The notes beneath the pieces are model-generated. The model did not search any database. It had not been told where the DNA came from and worked only from the letters and a program-made list of their open reading frames with translations. Of a stretch of 64,000 nucleotides of DNA, positions 50,749 through 59,893 are shown one piece after another; the first letter of the stretch is position 1, and every line of letters begins with the position of its first letter. The DNA lies in NCBI GenBank assembly GCA_016875715.1, contig VGOZ01000004.1:1448-65447 (forward strand), written 5' to 3'. Made by a program: the position numbers and the translations under genes. The stretch comes from Chloroflexota bacterium (GTDB lineage: Bacteria > Chloroflexota > UBA6077 > FW602-bin22).

Positions 50749-51396
50749 GTGATGGGCCGCATCGGCTACCTCGGGTGCCTGGTTGTACTGGGTGTCATTC
50801 TGGTTGGGGTCGGCTGCCTTGCCGTGTTCAGCGCTGCCGGCGCGATTGACGCGCAGCCGGGCGCTCGTCCGCAATCGCTGACCGCTACTCCAACTCCCCG
50901 CGCGTCCGGCACGCCGCTCCCCGCGACTCCCGCCCCGGCCGGGGCCGCACCCAAGCCGACGGCGGTCGGAACGCTGCCACCGCTCGCGATGCCCGCGGGG
51001 CCCGAAACGGATGTGTCGCGACGGCTCGATGCCGTGGCGTCCGGCGGCGGTCTCAAACTGACGGCACTGGGCGCCTCGAAGAAGTTACAGGACAACCGGG
51101 CGATCATCGCGATCTACGTTCGGCTCGAGAACGAGGGATCGGTCGCCATCCGTGTCGACCCCAAGAACTTCCGGATGACAGACGGTGGGGGAGGGACGCA
51201 TCAGATCTCCCCCACGGTGGAGCAGATGTTCCCACCCGCAGAACTAAGTCCTCGCGCATCTCCCGGTGAGCCGGGGAAACTGGCCGAGGGTATCCTGACC
51301 TTCGATTTGCCCAGAGCGGCTCGTGGGCTCATGCTGGTCTACGAGACATCGGCGTCGACGCGTCTGACTCTCCCGCTCCCCCCGGAGTTCGGCTAG
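50749..51396 (+). CDS. Membrane-anchored DUF4352-like immunoglobulin-fold protein
   Basis: N-terminal TM and Pro/Thr/Ala linker, then IIAIYVRLENEGSVAIRVDPKNFRMTDGGG...GILTFDLP, the typical DUF4352 pattern. Confidence 0.6.
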   Translation: MMGRIGYLGCLVVLGVILVGVGCLAVFSAAGAIDAQPGARPQSLTATPTPRASGTPLPATPAPAGAAPKPTAVGTLPPLAMPAGPETDVSRRLDAVASGGGLKLTALGASKKLQDNRAIIAIYVRLENEGSVAIRVDPKNFRMTDGGGGTHQISPTVEQMFPPAELSPRASPGEPGKLAEGILTFDLPRAARGLMLVYETSASTRLTLPLPPEFG

Positions 51397-52262
51397 TGGT
51401 GGAGGATGCCGGTCGCGGCGAGGAGGGTTCGGTCGAGGTCAGCCCGGCGCTGACACAGGATCACGACGTTTCAGCGCGAGACCCCGCCGTGATCTTGAAC
51501 ATCCCGTCGCGACATAACGCGACGCTGCACGCGCTCGTCGATCTCGTCAATGCCGATATCGGTCTGCACGCTCTCTGGCGTTGCGCCAACGTCAACGCGG
51601 TCGATCGGCTCGGCATGAGCGATCACGGCCCCGTGCACGTACGCATCGTCGCCAATATCGCCCTGCGGCTCTTCCGCATGCTGACCGGCGCGCAGTACGA
51701 GGCAGGAGTGGTGCGTAACCACGGCCTGAGCGCGGCCGATGGTGAGGTCGTCGTCGTGCTGGCGTCGCTTCTCCACGATGTGGGTATGGCCGTGCATCGC
51801 GACGATCACGAGCGATTCAGCCTGATCCTGGCCGAGCCGAAGGCCCGCCATTTGCTGGCGGGTCTCTACGCCGAACCTGATCTCACCGTCCTGGTGAGTG
51901 AGGTCCTCCACGCCATCATCGCGCATCGATCCGATGGACATCCGCTGACTCTTGAGGCGGGCGTGGTGCGTGTGGCTGATGCGCTCGATATGGCGAAGGG
52001 GCGCTCGCGCATCCCGTTTGAGGCAGGCCAGGTGAACATCCATTCGGTGTCCGCCGCGGCGATCGATCGGGTGGCGATCGAAAGGGGCGATCGCAAGCCT
52101 GTGCGCATCTCAATCGAGATGTCGAACTCCGCGGGCATCTTCCAACTGGATGAACTGTTGAAAGAGAAGCTCCGTGGGTCCGGGATCGAGGAGGCTATCG
52201 AGGTCACCGCCCAGTTGAGCGGCGAGTCCGAGCGCTCGCTTGTCCAGGTGTTCCGGATCTAG
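51396..52262 (+). CDS. HD-domain metal-dependent phosphohydrolase
   Basis: DHGPVHVRIV...SLLHDVGMAVHRDDHE...HRSDG. GTG overlaps the upstream TAG by 1 nt. Confidence 0.72.
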   Translation: MVEDAGRGEEGSVEVSPALTQDHDVSARDPAVILNIPSRHNATLHALVDLVNADIGLHALWRCANVNAVDRLGMSDHGPVHVRIVANIALRLFRMLTGAQYEAGVVRNHGLSAADGEVVVVLASLLHDVGMAVHRDDHERFSLILAEPKARHLLAGLYAEPDLTVLVSEVLHAIIAHRSDGHPLTLEAGVVRVADALDMAKGRSRIPFEAGQVNIHSVSAAAIDRVAIERGDRKPVRISIEMSNSAGIFQLDELLKEKLRGSGIEEAIEVTAQLSGESERSLVQVFRI

Positions 52263-52293
52263 CCGGGCGTGAGGGAGCGCGTGAGATGCGGGA

Positions 52294-52482
52294 CTACGCG
52301 GCGATCGCGGTCTCGTGCGCCGTCCGCGGCGCCTGCACGCCCTGATCGTCGCTCGCCTCGTACGCCTCGTTTCCACACCGTTGGCATACAAACCGATCGC
52401 TGGGCTGAAGGCCAGACCCCCAGAGATGGCGGTCGTATCGCCAGTCATGACCCTGAACCCAGCAGATCGCCCTGCGTACCAC
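52294..52482 (-). CDS. Small zinc-ribbon-like protein (62 aa), hypothetical
   Basis: From GTG 52482: MVRRAICWVQGHDWRYDRHLWGSGLQPSDRFVCQRCGNEAYEASDDQG... Same C-W-x2-G-H-x-W...C-x-R-C motif as 7456-7575. The 222-aa ORF-track extension is Arg-rich and overlaps plus-strand genes. Confidence 0.4.
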   Translation of the reverse strand: MVRRAICWVQGHDWRYDRHLWGSGLQPSDRFVCQRCGNEAYEASDDQGVQAPRTAHETAIAA

Positions 52483-52567
52483 CGCACATGTACCCCGCTC
52501 GAGACTCGGGGCCCAGTATTCTCCACCGCAACGTGAGAGACCCGTTAGAGCGTCGATGGAGGAAAGA

Positions 52568-52753
52568 GTGGCGATGGAGTTGACGGGCCGGCCGCGTGAG
52601 AGTTCGCCGCCCCGTGAAACCCGCCGGTGCGATAAGTGTGGGGCGATCGCGGAGTGCACCCTGTTCCCGACGTCGCGTGGTCCCAACACCGGGGCGCTCT
52701 GCATCGCCTGCGTCGTCGGCGGCCTGCGTGGATGGAACGCGGCGAGTACCTGA
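52568..52753 (+). CDS. Small Cys4 zinc-ribbon-like protein (about 61 aa), hypothetical
   Basis: GGAGG at 52558-52562, 5 nt before GTG 52568 (alternative ATG 52574). RRCDKCGAIAECTLFPTSRGPNTGALCIACVVGGL. 40 nt upstream of the nuclease gene. Confidence 0.4.
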   Translation: MAMELTGRPRESSPPRETRRCDKCGAIAECTLFPTSRGPNTGALCIACVVGGLRGWNAAST

Positions 52754-52793
52754 GGATTCGTTCTCGCACCGTCGAACGCTAGGGGAACCGGTG

Positions 52794-54671
52794 ATGTCGC
52801 GGGGTCCCATTCGCGCCCTTGCGCTGGGGCTCGTGCTGATCCTAGGAGCGGCGGGATGCACGAGCCCGCCGATCGCGAGTCGGTCGCCATCGATGCCCGA
52901 TCACCGTGCCGTCGGAAGCGAGGGTGACTCGCGACCGTCGCCCGCCGCGACAGCGATCGCAACTGTCCTCACCATCGGAATGGTTCAGGGATCGGGCCAT
53001 CGCTCGCCGCTGGAGGGTCAGTACGTTCGGTTGCCGGGGGTGATCGTCACCGGTCTCCGCTTTGATGGATTCTTCGCTCAGGATCGGGTGGGCGATGGCG
53101 ATCGTGCCACGTCGGATGGAGTCTTCGTCTACCTGAACCGGCGGCCCGACGAGAGCGGCATACGTCGCGATCTGGTCACGGTTCGGGTGGGCGACGTCGT
53201 CGACGTCGAGGGGACCGTTACCGAGTTCCGACCCCGCGAGAGGGATGGTGATCTGTCGGTTACCCAGATCGTAGCGCCCCGCCTGACCGTGCGCACGAGG
53301 GGCAATGCCCCTCCCGATCCTGTTCTGATCGGATCGGGAGGGCGCTCGCCGCCCTCACGCCACGTGGACGACGATGCGACCGACGCGGAGCTCGATGGCC
53401 AGTATCAGCCGGACGATGATGCGATCGACATCTTCGAGAGCGTCGAGGGCATGCGCGTCCGGCTGCTGACGCTGCTCGTGGTAGGACCGAGGACGGAGGC
53501 GGGCGAGATCGTCGTGATCGCCGAGGGCCTCACGCGCACCGATGGGCGCAATAGCGTCGGCGGTGGGGTAATCGAGTTACCGGGCCGCGTCAATCCCGAT
53601 CGCATCGTGCTGGACGAGGTTGGCGCCCGCATTCGCGGTCAGATCTTTCCGGACGCGAATGTCGGGGACGTGCTGAAGGATATCTACGGCGTCCTCGATT
53701 ATCGATTCGGCACGTATCGCGTTCTGCCTGAGGACCGCATCGATCGAACCTATGTCCGCCGCCGCCCGCCGACAATCCACACGGCTCCCGAACGTGCGTT
53801 CAGTCTCGCCACGTTGAACGTCGAGAACCTGCATTTGGGATCTGACCCGGCGCGCGTGAAGGCTCTGGCCACCCTGCTCGGCGTCACGTTGTCCAGTCCT
53901 GATGTGATCGTCCTGCAGGAAGTACAGGACGATTCGGGGCCGACGGACGATGGCGTCGTGGCCGCGACTCGGACGCTGAATCTGCTCACGAGGGCGATCG
54001 GCGCGGCGGGGGGCGCGCGATATGTCGCGTCGGACGTGCCTCCCGAGGACAAGACCGATGGGGGTTTGCCCGGCGCGAATATCCGCACTGCACTTCTCTA
54101 TCGCCCGGATCGCGAGGTGAGACTCCGCGACGCGCCGAGCCGCCTGGGTGCGCACGATCCCGCCTTCATGGGCGCGAGAAAGCCGCTCATTGGAGCCTTT
54201 CGCTTTCGAGATACCAACGTGACGGTGGTGGGGCTTCACCTGAGTTCACGGATTGGCGACGCGCCGTTGTTCGGTCGCCTGCAACCGGCCTTGCGCCACA
54301 CGGAAGGCGCGCGCACCCGACAGGCAGATGCGGTCGGGCGGTTCGTGCGGGAGACGTGTCGCGGCGATCCCGCGTGCCCGCTGATCGTCGCAGGGGATGT
54401 CAACGACGGGTCGACCTCTGCCGCGTTTGCGCCTTTTTGGGGTGCGGGTCTGGTATCGCTGGGAACTCGACTGAAGTCAGAGGAGCGGTACAGCTACGTG
54501 TTTCAAGGGAACGCCATCGACCTGGACCAGATGTGGGTTCCGGCCGGGCTCGCTCCGTTCGCTACCTACCAGATCGCCCACGTGAATGCGGATTTCGCGA
54601 ACCGTCCCACGGATCACGATCCGCAGCTTGCGTGGTTCCGGCTCGGACCCGGACGGGCACAAGGGAATTGA
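52794..54671 (+). CDS. ExeM/NucH-like extracellular nuclease lipoprotein (endonuclease/exonuclease/phosphatase domain)
   Basis: Lipobox LILGAAGC. N-terminal MVQGSGHRSPLEGQYVRLPGVIVTG...DGDRATSDGVFVY...VEGTVTEF module. C-terminal EEP domain (ATLNVENL, VIVLQEV, GDVND, TDHDP). AGGGGA SD before ATG 52794. Confidence 0.78.
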   Translation: MSRGPIRALALGLVLILGAAGCTSPPIASRSPSMPDHRAVGSEGDSRPSPAATAIATVLTIGMVQGSGHRSPLEGQYVRLPGVIVTGLRFDGFFAQDRVGDGDRATSDGVFVYLNRRPDESGIRRDLVTVRVGDVVDVEGTVTEFRPRERDGDLSVTQIVAPRLTVRTRGNAPPDPVLIGSGGRSPPSRHVDDDATDAELDGQYQPDDDAIDIFESVEGMRVRLLTLLVVGPRTEAGEIVVIAEGLTRTDGRNSVGGGVIELPGRVNPDRIVLDEVGARIRGQIFPDANVGDVLKDIYGVLDYRFGTYRVLPEDRIDRTYVRRRPPTIHTAPERAFSLATLNVENLHLGSDPARVKALATLLGVTLSSPDVIVLQEVQDDSGPTDDGVVAATRTLNLLTRAIGAAGGARYVASDVPPEDKTDGGLPGANIRTALLYRPDREVRLRDAPSRLGAHDPAFMGARKPLIGAFRFRDTNVTVVGLHLSSRIGDAPLFGRLQPALRHTEGARTRQADAVGRFVRETCRGDPACPLIVAGDVNDGSTSAAFAPFWGAGLVSLGTRLKSEERYSYVFQGNAIDLDQMWVPAGLAPFATYQIAHVNADFANRPTDHDPQLAWFRLGPGRAQGN

Positions 54672-54681
54672 CGCAACCTTT

Positions 54682-54697
54682 CAGAACTGCAGTTCTG
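54682..54697 (+). promoter_or_regulatory. Perfect LexA-type palindrome (AGAAC-N4-GTTCT) upstream of radC
   Basis: CAGAACTGCAGTTCTG is a perfect 16-nt inverted repeat in the 47-nt gap before radC GTG 54719. It is followed by TATGAT (54705-54710). Confidence 0.55.
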
Positions 54698-54718
54698 GTT
54701 ACTGTATGATCCGCGGCG

Positions 54719-55474
54719 GTGGAGCGATCGCGCGGCACGGCACGGTCGGGGCACCGCATACGCGAGGAAGAGAGCTTCTGGAGCATCAAGGCGCTTCCCG
54801 AGGAAGAACGTCCCCGCGAGCGAATTCTGGCCGCGCGCGACGACACGGCGATGACCGATGCCGAATTGCTCGCGATTCTCCTGCGGACGGGAGTGCGAGG
54901 CCTCTCGACAATCGACCTGGCGCGCGAGTTGCTCAATCGCTTCGACGGACTGCGCGGCCTCGCGCACGCCAGCGCGGATGAACTGTGCGCGATTCACGGG
55001 CTCGGCCCTGCCAAGGCGGCGCAGGTGCGCGCGGCGCTCTGGCTCGGCCGTCGGCTTGGCCACCTCACCGCCGAGGACACCTTTGCGGCCGATAATCCCG
55101 GGATCGTCGCGCGCATGCTGGAGCGGGAGATCGCCGACGCACCGCGCGAGGAGATGCACGTCATCTGGGTCGACGCCAAGAACCGCCTGGTGGGGCGGCG
55201 GCGGGTGTATGAGGGCACGGTTTCGGGTCTGACCGTGAAGGTGGGCGAGCTCTTTCGTGATGCGATCCGGGCTACTGCAGTGGGGGTCGTGCTCGTGCAT
55301 AACCATCCCTCCGGCGACCCTGAACCTTCATCTGAAGACGTGGCTCTCACCCGGGAGGTGTCCCGCGCCGCGGAACTCCTCGACCTGAAGGTCATCGATC
55401 ACATCATTCTGGGGCGTGGCGATCGCGCCCAGGGGCCGCGCTTCGTCAGCATGAGGGCGCGCGGCTTCCTGTAA
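54719..55474 (+). CDS. radC: RadC-family JAB/MPN domain protein
   Basis: IKALPEEERPRERIL, LSDAELLAILLRTG-like segment, HhH GLGPAKAAQV, and JAMM motif HNHPSGDPEPSSED. Confidence 0.88.
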   Translation: MERSRGTARSGHRIREEESFWSIKALPEEERPRERILAARDDTAMTDAELLAILLRTGVRGLSTIDLARELLNRFDGLRGLAHASADELCAIHGLGPAKAAQVRAALWLGRRLGHLTAEDTFAADNPGIVARMLEREIADAPREEMHVIWVDAKNRLVGRRRVYEGTVSGLTVKVGELFRDAIRATAVGVVLVHNHPSGDPEPSSEDVALTREVSRAAELLDLKVIDHIILGRGDRAQGPRFVSMRARGFL

Positions 55475-55585
55475 TCCGCACTCCTCATAACGTCGTGTAA
55501 CCACTTCCTCATCGGCCTCTTACAGGCTCTCTCGTAGAGTCGCCGCGACTATGGGGTCCTGCCTCCACCTGTTCGAGGGCCATCT

Positions 55586-56299
55586 GTGCACGAGATGAAG
55601 GCGATCTGGACGTCGATACGAGGGACCGTCGGCGTGGTAGCTCAGGTCTTCACACTCGGAGCGGTTGCCCTCGTTCTGTGTCTGGTCGCGCTCAACCTCT
55701 TCCTTCAGCGGGCGCCATCGGCCTCCGATGCCCCGCCTAGCCGACCACTGGTCGCAGTGGTGCCCACGGTTATTGCCGAGGCAACACGTCGGAGCGCGAT
55801 CGAGAGCGAGAATGACCGCGCGACGCCCACGCAGCTGCCGCTCGCCGTGCTGTACCAGCCGCCGGGCCTGTTCGCGCCGACGCCGGCTGAACCGCGTCCG
55901 TCGGCGGAGGTTCCGCTTCCCCCGCTAGCCGCGGCACCCACGGTCACTCCGGTTCCAGCCGCGCCGGCATCGTCCACGCCTCGGCCTGCGGCCGCATCGG
56001 CCACGGCCACACCCCGGCCGCCTGCGACCGCGACGGCGCGGCCCGCCACCGTGGCGACCCGCTCGCCAACCGCGATTGCGAGCCGTGCCCGCGTGTTGCC
56101 CGGTGCCGATACCCTACCTGTGCGCGTGCGATCGGCGCCCAGCGTGAGTGCGCCGATTGTGGGCCGCGTTCCTCTCGGCACGATCGTCGACATCCTCGAG
56201 TCAGTGAAGGGCGAGGAGGTCGAGTCCGGCAACTCCACCTGGCTGCGCATCCGATGGAACTCCATCTCGGGGTTCGTCTATTCTCCCCTCGTTGGCTGA
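55586..56299 (+). CDS. Membrane-anchored SH3b-domain protein
   Basis: TM helix, long Pro/Ala/Thr linker, and C-terminal SH3_3-like VRSAPSVSAPIVGRVPLGTIVDILE...WLRIRWNSISGFVY. Confidence 0.7.
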   Translation: MHEMKAIWTSIRGTVGVVAQVFTLGAVALVLCLVALNLFLQRAPSASDAPPSRPLVAVVPTVIAEATRRSAIESENDRATPTQLPLAVLYQPPGLFAPTPAEPRPSAEVPLPPLAAAPTVTPVPAAPASSTPRPAAASATATPRPPATATARPATVATRSPTAIASRARVLPGADTLPVRVRSAPSVSAPIVGRVPLGTIVDILESVKGEEVESGNSTWLRIRWNSISGFVYSPLVG

Positions 56300-56630
56300 C
56301 GGGGTAGCACCCAGGCTCATTTCCGGCGCGCTTGTTGACCCAACCAACGAGCAAGCGGCGCGAGAGATTCTGAGCAGCGAGGGCTGTGCTCCATTCGCCT
56401 GGGGGGATGCGGCTGATGCGCGGCACACGGATCACGCACACCCGTACCACAAGATCCTCCTGTGCCTGGAGGGCTCTGCGCGCGTCGTCTTCGCGGAAGC
56501 GAATGACGAATGCGACTTCCGCGCCGGGGATCGCCTTGAGATCCCCGCGGGCATCTGTCACCGCGTCGAGATCGGGCCGACCGGAATAACGTGTCTCGAG
56601 GGGCATCGCAGCCGATCCCTGGCGCCCTGA
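56292..56630 (+). CDS. Cupin-domain protein
   Basis: HAHPYHKILLCLEGSARVVF...GDRLEIPAGICHRVE. TTG start overlaps the upstream stop. Start uncertain. Confidence 0.6.
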   Translation: MADGVAPRLISGALVDPTNEQAAREILSSEGCAPFAWGDAADARHTDHAHPYHKILLCLEGSARVVFAEANDECDFRAGDRLEIPAGICHRVEIGPTGITCLEGHRSRSLAP

Positions 56631-56653
56631 CGATCGCGTCGCGGACCGGACCT

Positions 56654-57490
56654 ATGCGCCTGACCTATCGGGCCTGGGACGGCGCGGGCCCGCCGATCCT
56701 GATGCTGCACGGTCTTAGTTCCAGCGCGACGACGTGGGACCAGGTCGCGCGGCATCTTGCGCCACGACACCGCGTGGTGGCGCTCAATCAGCGCGGCCAC
56801 GGCGGTAGTGAGGTTCCCGAAGACGGCTATGACTTTTCAACGATCGTCGATGATGCCCGGGAGATCTGCGCCAGGCTACAGATCGATCGAGCGCTCGTGG
56901 TAGGCCAGTCCTGGGGAGGCAACGTCGCCGTCGCGTTCGGTGCCTCGGCCGATTCGGGCGCGGTGCGCGGTCTGGTGCTGGTCGATGGCGGGTTCCTGGA
57001 GCCATCGAGGGGCATGACCTGGGAGGAGGCTCAGGAGCGCCTTCGACCGCCGAACATCGACATGCCCTTGGATCAGTTTCGCGAGCGCCTGCGCGAGCGC
57101 CTCGGGAGCCTGTGGACGGAGGAGTGGGAGGAGGCGACTCTCGCCAACTTCCGGGTTGATGGCGAGGGAATCGTGCGGCGGCATCTGCCAATCGAGACGC
57201 ATATGAAGATCGTCTATCACCTGTATCGCCATCGACCGAGTGCGGAGTACGCGATGGTTCGGGCGCCGATGACGTTTGTCGTGGCGATCCCACCCGGCGC
57301 GGATCGGGGTGCCCCGCGCCTTGCGACGGCCCGAGAGGTGATCGCCGCGGCGGAAAGGGCCGATCCTCGCGCGGTCAGCGCACACTGGCTTGAGAACACG
57401 GTCCACGATGTCCAGCTTCAGCGGCCGGAGCTACTCGCCGAGATCATCCTTCGAGCGGCGCAAGAGGGAGAGGGCGAAGGTCGCGCCTGA
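56654..57490 (+). CDS. Alpha/beta hydrolase
   Basis: ILMLHGL oxyanion region, nucleophile elbow GQSWGG, and C-terminal histidine region NTVHDV. Confidence 0.85.
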   Translation: MRLTYRAWDGAGPPILMLHGLSSSATTWDQVARHLAPRHRVVALNQRGHGGSEVPEDGYDFSTIVDDAREICARLQIDRALVVGQSWGGNVAVAFGASADSGAVRGLVLVDGGFLEPSRGMTWEEAQERLRPPNIDMPLDQFRERLRERLGSLWTEEWEEATLANFRVDGEGIVRRHLPIETHMKIVYHLYRHRPSAEYAMVRAPMTFVVAIPPGADRGAPRLATAREVIAAAERADPRAVSAHWLENTVHDVQLQRPELLAEIILRAAQEGEGEGRA

Positions 57491-58246
57491 GTCCAGGACT
57501 ATCACCTTGCCATCGCGTTCGATCGTCACCGTACCGGCACCGAACACGCGGCCGACATCCGCGGTCGGCTCGAGGAGAACCGAGGTCTGCTCGTCGATCC
57601 CCAGGATGGTGACCGACGGGTCGAGCGACGCGCGCAGCGCTGCGAACCGTTGCGCGCCGAGAAAGCAGCGCGTGAAATCCGCATCGCGGCTACCCTCGGT
57701 GTTGTTCCAGTGAGGCACAATGGCCAGAGACATATCGATCCGGGCGAGGATGTCCAGCCCGTCAATCCAGTGCGGATCGTGCCCAGCCTTGAAGATCTCG
57801 TAGACGGGTATGGTCCACCGTGAGAGCGCCAGGCTGGCCGCGCTGGCGGTGACGAGCGCCGCCCCCGCCTGCCAGCGGGCACACAGATACTCGAGCGCGA
57901 GCGATTCGCGCAGATGCCGGACAGCGTAGCTGGGGCTACCGGGTCCGGCGAACAGATAGTTGGCGCGCAGCAGCGCGGCAAGAGTGGCACTGTCATTCGT
58001 GCCGGTGTCGGCACGCGTCGCGTGGACCAATTCAATCGTGGGCCGATAGTTGGTCAGGCTGCGACGCAGAAACTCAGCGATACGCTCGACCACCTGTTTC
58101 GCGTTGGTCTCAAAACCTGCCGGTGTATCGAGGATGGCGATGTCGACCGGGGCACCCAGTTGTTGGAACACATACTCGTGCGCCGCTCGTCCGCTTGGCG
58201 ATGTCTCACCGGAGCCGAACATGAGTAGCGGTCCGAACGTCGGCAC
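57431..58246 (-). CDS. Peptidase S51/cyanophycinase-like (class I glutamine-amidotransferase fold) protein
   Basis: LLMFGSGETSP, FAGPGSPSY, VTASAASLAL (possible serine nucleophile). Start set to GTG 58246 because upstream ORF sequence is Arg/Ser-rich and overlaps the plus-strand gene. Confidence 0.45.
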   Translation of the reverse strand: MPTFGPLLMFGSGETSPSGRAAHEYVFQQLGAPVDIAILDTPAGFETNAKQVVERIAEFLRRSLTNYRPTIELVHATRADTGTNDSATLAALLRANYLFAGPGSPSYAVRHLRESLALEYLCARWQAGAALVTASAASLALSRWTIPVYEIFKAGHDPHWIDGLDILARIDMSLAIVPHWNNTEGSRDADFTRCFLGAQRFAALRASLDPSVTILGIDEQTSVLLEPTADVGRVFGAGTVTIERDGKVIVLDSGATFALSLLRRSKDDLGE

Positions 58247-58301
58247 GGAGCCAAGGTAGTGAGATGCGCGGAGTCGGTCAAGTGCGGCCGCCCGAATTAA
58301 G

Positions 58302-58778
58302 ATGCTGTCGGTGATCGACGATATCCGGCGAACCGTGCGGTTACCCGAGGGACTGATTGCCGATGAGGATCGGTTCCTGACGCGGATCGCGACGAATCTC
58401 GGCGAACGCCCACCGCTCGATCCCGACCCGGCCGCGCTCCTGCAGACCTTCGGCGGCCCTGAGCCCCGGCCCGGGACCGACGATGCCACCTACTACCTGA
58501 TGTGGGCGCAACGTCTTCTCGCCCACCCCCTCCCTTCCAATCGCCAGGTTCCAGCACCCGGCCTCCACGGGATGCTTCTGGATCGCTTGCGCCGCCCCTT
58601 GCACGCACTTATCCGCTACTACGTGGATGCGCAGGCCGCCCGTCAGGAGGAGATCGCGACGTGGCTGGTGCGAGCGGTGACCGCGCTGGCGACCGCCGAG
58701 ATCGAGATCGAACGGTTGCGGGCGCGTGTGGAGAGCCTGGAGAGGGCCTCCGGTTCACCGTCGCACGACCGGACATGA
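58302..58778 (+). CDS. Hypothetical helical protein, glycosyltransferase-associated module
   Basis: 158 aa. C-terminal half LDRLRRPLHALIRYYVDAQAARQEEIATWLVRAV...EIEIERLRARVESLE. ATGA coupling to the following GT4. Confidence 0.55.
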   Translation: MLSVIDDIRRTVRLPEGLIADEDRFLTRIATNLGERPPLDPDPAALLQTFGGPEPRPGTDDATYYLMWAQRLLAHPLPSNRQVPAPGLHGMLLDRLRRPLHALIRYYVDAQAARQEEIATWLVRAVTALATAEIEIERLRARVESLERASGSPSHDRT

Positions 58779-59887
58779 GCGTTACCGAGACGACTCTCCA
58801 CTGGCGGCGCCTGAAATCCGCGCTCGGCAGGGGCAGGCTCGTGCAGCTGATCTCCGATCTGTCCGCGGGTGACGCCGTCAGCGACGACGCGATCTCCTGG
58901 CAGCGCCTGCTCTCGCGAGTGGGCGTGGACGCACCCATTTACGGCAGAACCATCGTTCCGGGTCACGGGGCGCGTGCGTGGCCGCTCCATCGCCTGCGAC
59001 TTGAGTCGAGCGATGTCCTCATCCTCCACTACTCGGTGTGGTCGGAAGCCGCCGCTCTAGTTGCGTCGATGCGTCGTCCGACGGTCCTGGCCTACCACAA
59101 CGTGACGCCACCAGAGTTCTTTGCGCAGTTCGAGCCTGCGATGGTTGCGGAAACTTCGCGGGGCCGAGCCGCACTTCCCTCGCTGGCGGATCTCTGTCCA
59201 CTGGCAATCGCACGATCGGAGTTCAGCGCCCGCGATCTGCACGCCGCGGGATTTGTCGACGTGCGAACTCTCCCGATCGTGCTTCCGGATGAGGCGATGG
59301 CCGACCGAGGTGAGAGAGTCGCGTCGCCCGCGACGCTCCTCTACGCCGGGCGCGTCGCGCCGCACAAGCGCGTGGAAGATCTCCTCGCCATCCTGGCGTA
59401 CTGTCGCCGCGCCCGGACGGATGTCACCCTCGCGGTCGTCGGCGCCTTTGACGCAGCGTCCGAATACTATCGAGCGCTCCATCGTTGCGCCTTCAGACTC
59501 GGCGTCCACACCGGGGTCCGCTTTGCCGGAAAGGTCTCCCGCGCGCGATTCGTCGCGGAGTACCGGAGCGCCCGCATCTTCGTGACGATGAGCGAGCACG
59601 AAGGGTTCGGCGTGCCGCTCCTGGAGGCCTTGCGCGTCGACCTGCCGATCGTTGCCCGCGCCGCCGGGGCGATTCCCGAGATCGTCGGTGACGCGGGTAT
59701 CCTCCTTGAAGGCCGGCGGCCAGACATCGCTGCCGAAATCATTCTTGAGATCCTGGCCGATAGCTCGCTGCAACAGCGGATGATCGAGCGCGGTAAGGTT
59801 CGTGCAGCCTTTTACTCCGCCGATGAGGTTCTCCCCTGCCTGGCAAGTCTCCTGACTGATGGCATCGAGGCGACCCGAAGGCGGTAG
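58775..59887 (+). CDS. Glycosyltransferase family 4 (GT-B)
   Basis: LLYAGRVAPHKR and E-x7-E SEHEGFGVPLLEAL. ATG 58775 overlaps the upstream TGA. Confidence 0.85.
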   Translation: MSVTETTLHWRRLKSALGRGRLVQLISDLSAGDAVSDDAISWQRLLSRVGVDAPIYGRTIVPGHGARAWPLHRLRLESSDVLILHYSVWSEAAALVASMRRPTVLAYHNVTPPEFFAQFEPAMVAETSRGRAALPSLADLCPLAIARSEFSARDLHAAGFVDVRTLPIVLPDEAMADRGERVASPATLLYAGRVAPHKRVEDLLAILAYCRRARTDVTLAVVGAFDAASEYYRALHRCAFRLGVHTGVRFAGKVSRARFVAEYRSARIFVTMSEHEGFGVPLLEALRVDLPIVARAAGAIPEIVGDAGILLEGRRPDIAAEIILEILADSSLQQRMIERGKVRAAFYSADEVLPCLASLLTDGIEATRRR

Positions 59888-59893
59888 ATGCCT

